From the IMG/VR virus record IMGVR_UViG_3300033066_000905, positions 662 to 64,661 of that record: a stretch of 64,000 nt of DNA, one strand, 5' to 3'. The notes under the pieces are model-generated. The model was not told where the DNA came from. It did no database searches and worked only from the letters and a program-made list of their open reading frames with translations. Below are positions 61,651 through 64,000 of this stretch, piece by piece (positions within the stretch are counted from its first letter, which is position 1; each line of letters opens with the position of its first letter). The translations under genes and the position numbers were made by a program. The stretch is from a virus.

Positions 61651-61755
61651 ATGACCACCTTGGTAATCTTCTTCCTGACAATGTTCCTTATCTACAAGGT
61701 CGCTTACTGGAATGAGCGCCACCTGTCAAAGCATGACAGGCGTAGGACACCCTAG
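61651..61755 (+). CDS. 34-aa membrane peptide, paralog B
   Basis: MTTLVIFFLTMFLIYKVAYWNERHLSKHDRRRTP; SD GAGGA. Confidence 0.7.
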   Translation: MTTLVIFFLTMFLIYKVAYWNERHLSKHDRRRTP

Positions 61756-61823
61756 TCCTAACCCATAATTGAATAGGCGCCGTATTAGCGCCCCGCAAAT
61801 AGCATTAGAAAGGAATGATTGAA

Positions 61824-61955
61824 ATGACAAAAGAGGAAGCACAAATTCAACTAATGAATTTGTCAATGAAAGATTATTGGACAAAAGAGGATAAGAAAGT
61901 AATTGCACAATTGCGAAAGATTGTATTGCCCGAACTCTACGGTAACGCAGAGTAA
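61824..61955 (+). CDS. 43-aa early hypothetical protein
   Basis: MTKEEAQIQLMNLSMKDYWTKEDKKVIAQLRKIVLPELYGNAE; SD GAAAGGA. Confidence 0.55.
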   Translation: MTKEEAQIQLMNLSMKDYWTKEDKKVIAQLRKIVLPELYGNAE

Positions 61956-62192
61956 TTGGCCGCCCGCCCGATTACTCTCTGTTACGAAAGACCAATAAAT
62001 TCGCTGGTTTTGTTACTCTGTGTGATTGCATAATGGACACTATGAATATGCGCATACGCTGATAGTTGTTGTGCCGCAACGACTTTCGAGTGCCCCAAAC
62101 CTGTTGTGCTGCAACGACTTTCGAGGTTCATGCATACAGTAAAGAAACAGTAAAGGTAAAGAAACATTGACCATATTTTCCTGTCCTGGCTA

Positions 62193-62221
62193 TTGACTTT
62201 CACTGTGCCACCCCCCATAAT
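62193..62221 (+). promoter_or_regulatory. Sigma70-type early promoter
   Basis: TTGACT-17-CATAAT, then 6 nt to ATG 62228. Confidence 0.7.
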
Positions 62222-62227
62222 AGAAGT

Positions 62228-62353
62228 ATGAGAGAGATCAAGAAGGTAGGCAACTGGCAGAGGATTTCCTGCCCGTTGGCAGACGATGCCTGCAACTGCG
62301 ACTACTGCTTGGGATACCCCGATGTTGTCAATCCTCACACGGAAGGTGAGTAA
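62228..62353 (+). CDS. 41-aa Cys-rich early peptide (leaderless)
   Basis: MREIKKVGNWQRISCPLADDACNCDYCLGYPDVVNPHTEGE. Confidence 0.55.
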   Translation: MREIKKVGNWQRISCPLADDACNCDYCLGYPDVVNPHTEGE

Positions 62354-62354
62354 C

Positions 62355-62537
62355 GTGAACTTCGTTCAACTCCAAAACGCCCTTATCGCGGGCGATGCCA
62401 GTGGTGCAACCACTGACGAACTCATCAATGCGGAATACCGCTACACCACCCTTGTCTCGCAGGGCGGTATCTACGAGAAAGCGTATCGGCGCCTGCTCCA
62501 GCAGGTCCAGCGCGAACTGGTCTGGAGGTACAACTGA
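62355..62537 (+). CDS. Early hypothetical protein
   Basis: GTG start with SD GAAGGTGA inside track ORF 62286..62537. Confidence 0.6.
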   Translation: MNFVQLQNALIAGDASGATTDELINAEYRYTTLVSQGGIYEKAYRRLLQQVQRELVWRYN

Positions 62538-62653
62538 TGAAACCTCGTCTGGTGTTTCGTAACGGCTTTTACTTTGTGGAAGCGGGCGGCAATTCGTTCA
62601 CAACCACCAATATCAAATCCGCCATTCGACGCCTTGTCGAATTGTCAAAGTAA
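62537..62653 (+). CDS. 38-aa early hypothetical protein
   Basis: TGATG coupling, SD GGAGG; MKPRLVFRNGFYFVEAGG... Confidence 0.55.
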   Translation: MKPRLVFRNGFYFVEAGGNSFTTTNIKSAIRRLVELSK

Positions 62654-62662
62654 GGAAATACA

Positions 62663-62869
62663 ATGCAAATGAAACCAAAGCGACTTCGCTTTCAATACCG
62701 TGCAACATTCGCGGGCGGTAATTCAATTACCTTTGAAACCGCCGATGATCCTACAGAAATGTTGCCAAACGCAATTGATATCAAAACAATTGGAATTGCG
62801 CCGTCCTTTGATTATCCACTAGGAGCGCGGCTCGTTTGCAAGAATAGGATGCTTGGAGTAACAGAATAA
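62663..62869 (+). CDS. Early hypothetical protein
   Basis: 68 aa; SD AAGGA. Confidence 0.6.
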   Translation: MQMKPKRLRFQYRATFAGGNSITFETADDPTEMLPNAIDIKTIGIAPSFDYPLGARLVCKNRMLGVTE

Positions 62870-63033
62870 TGCAAACAATTATTGCCTACGGGCGCACGTG
62901 GGAATGGAACGAATCATTAACGGTAAATGTGTGGGTACACAATAATAACGTGTATTGCTATACTTTATCAGAACCCACCCGCCGTGCCTTTGTGGAATCA
63001 ATTCCTGATATACTTGAGTATTGGGAGGAATAA
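62869..63033 (+). CDS. 54-aa early hypothetical protein
   Basis: TAATG coupling; MQTIIAYGRTWEWNESL... Confidence 0.55.
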   Translation: MQTIIAYGRTWEWNESLTVNVWVHNNNVYCYTLSEPTRRAFVESIPDILEYWEE

Positions 63034-63113
63034 TGACCGGCGAACTAATGCTTATTGCCACAGGAATTCTGGTATTGGCAGAATTAGTTTATGGAATTAT
63101 AAAAAATAAATAA
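63033..63113 (+). CDS. 26-aa hydrophobic peptide
   Basis: TAATG coupling, SD GGAGG; MTGELMLIATGILVLAELVYGIIKNK. Confidence 0.5.
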   Translation: MTGELMLIATGILVLAELVYGIIKNK

Positions 63114-63346
63114 CGATTACTCTCCGTAATCGCCGGGCGACCGACTACTCTCTGTTACGATAGCGCTCATTATTTGCTGGTTTTTCCCAAACCTGTTGCG
63201 GCACAACGACTTTCGAGCCTTCCAAACCCGTTGCGGCGCAACGACTTTCACAATTGTCACTCTCTGTATAATCATACTTTCGGATGATACTAGAATCATC
63301 CTTTTGGGGGATGTGCTTTGTCGGGGGTGTGTGCCACAATATAGAT

Positions 63347-63511
63347 ATGAGAGAAACAGAAGAGACAGTGTACGGAGTGTACTGCGAAGAGTGCGAATTC
63401 TGGCTTGTCCAGGTTCCGTCCAAGAGAATGGCGGAGCGTGAGCGCGACGCTCACACCATGGATTACATGACGTACGGACACACAACGTCCGTTGAAAAGA
63501 TTGAGGAATAG
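63347..63511 (+). CDS. Early C2H2-like zinc-finger protein (leaderless)
   Basis: CEEC...H...H; CACAAT-6nt-ATG. Confidence 0.6.
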   Translation: MRETEETVYGVYCEECEFWLVQVPSKRMAERERDAHTMDYMTYGHTTSVEKIEE

Positions 63512-63516
63512 TTGAA

Positions 63517-63792
63517 ATGAGTACCGAAATTTACAGGCCAGTCGAAGCACCGGCCACCGACATTCCGTTGGGATACCTTTTCGAGAATGAGCAACTTGAG
63601 TTCATTCAAGGTACCGTCAAAAAGTCGCAGTACGTCATCATCGTGACAGAGGCTCACGTCTACTACGTCAAGCCCGACGAAACGGTAGAGGTTTGGGTTC
63701 CGACAGACCTGACAGACATTGAGACTTACAGCAACATTGCTTACCAACTAAAAAAGATTGGGATTGACCTTGACAATCCCGGCAATCACTGA
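63517..63792 (+). CDS. Early hypothetical protein
   Basis: 91 aa; SD GAGGA. Confidence 0.65.
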   Translation: MSTEIYRPVEAPATDIPLGYLFENEQLEFIQGTVKKSQYVIIVTEAHVYYVKPDETVEVWVPTDLTDIETYSNIAYQLKKIGIDLDNPGNH

Positions 63793-63804
63793 AAGAATAG
63801 GATC

Positions 63805-63996
63805 ATGGAAACAGAAGATATCCCGTTGCACGAACAGTCTCCCATCTATCTTGCTACCATTGCAGAAATGGCAAGAGGAGATATTATCTACTACACCCGC
63901 CTTGATTGCCCGAAAGCGGTACAGTCGGCTACTAGGCGCTACATGGAATACACCGAAGCCCTTATCAACGTAACGATCACTAGGGAGATTCTGTAA
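63805..63996 (+). CDS. Early hypothetical protein
   Basis: 63 aa; SD AGGA. Confidence 0.55.
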   Translation: METEDIPLHEQSPIYLATIAEMARGDIIYYTRLDCPKAVQSATRRYMEYTEALINVTITREIL

Positions 63997-64000
63997 TGAA

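Larger units (their letters stand above)
60997..63184 (+). repeat. Dispersed 44-bp box, three copies (60997-61040, 61968-62011, 63141-63184)
   Basis: Core CCGAYTACWCTCTGTTACGAWAG...CTGG aligned by eye without gaps. Confidence 0.85.
62068..63250 (+). repeat. Palindromic operator-like repeat GTTG-N5-CAAC-GACTTTC, two tandem pairs with 35-bp period
   Basis: Copies start at 62068, 62103, 63195 and 63230. Confidence 0.85.

Noticed and set aside
60997-63250. CRISPR array
   Set aside because: The repeats are either about 1 kb apart or only paired with ~12-bp linkers; there is no repeat-spacer periodicity and no cas genes.
1-64000. Stop-codon reassignment; tRNA genes; integrase/prophage boundaries
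   Set aside because: Genes are long and intact in the standard code and use all three stops. No cloverleaf with a TTCGA T-loop, integrase or host genes were found.

Overview
The window is a 64-kb piece of a large lytic siphovirus genome. The gene set, gene order and many leaderless genes point to an Actinobacteria-infecting phage, reminiscent of large Streptomyces cluster BE/BK-type and related environmental actinophages (inference). The minus strand (about 54.1 kb down to 1) carries a GT4 glycosyltransferase, a class II ribonucleotide reductase, a methyltransferase and a complete head-neck-tail module. That module includes a 2,250-aa virion protein, portal, protease/scaffold, capsid, connectors, major tail, frameshifted tail chaperones, a 3,137-aa tape measure with three cell-wall hydrolase domains, and very large minor tail proteins. 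It is followed by a metallophosphoesterase, HTH protein, DnaB helicase, M23 lysin, primase and SSB. The plus strand from 54.1 kb carries ThyX, five tandem glycosyltransferases and an HNH gene; an Endo VII-like gene lies on the minus strand at 59.8-60.5 kb. From about 60.6 kb there is a plus-strand early region of tiny ORFs. Most notable: (1) an ORF-free ~215-nt RNA behind a near-consensus sigma70-type promoter, with two mutually exclusive folds (6S/Ms1-like hypothesis); (2) a modular early region with repeated 44-bp boxes, paired palindromic operators, an alternating purine-pyrimidine tract and two paralogous 34-aa membrane peptides; (3) a six-glycosyltransferase plus methyltransferase set; (4) apparent near-total AGCT avoidance; (5) pervasive leaderless promoters. 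No tRNA, CRISPR array, integrase, terminase or DNA polymerase was seen. All calls are by eye, without database searches.
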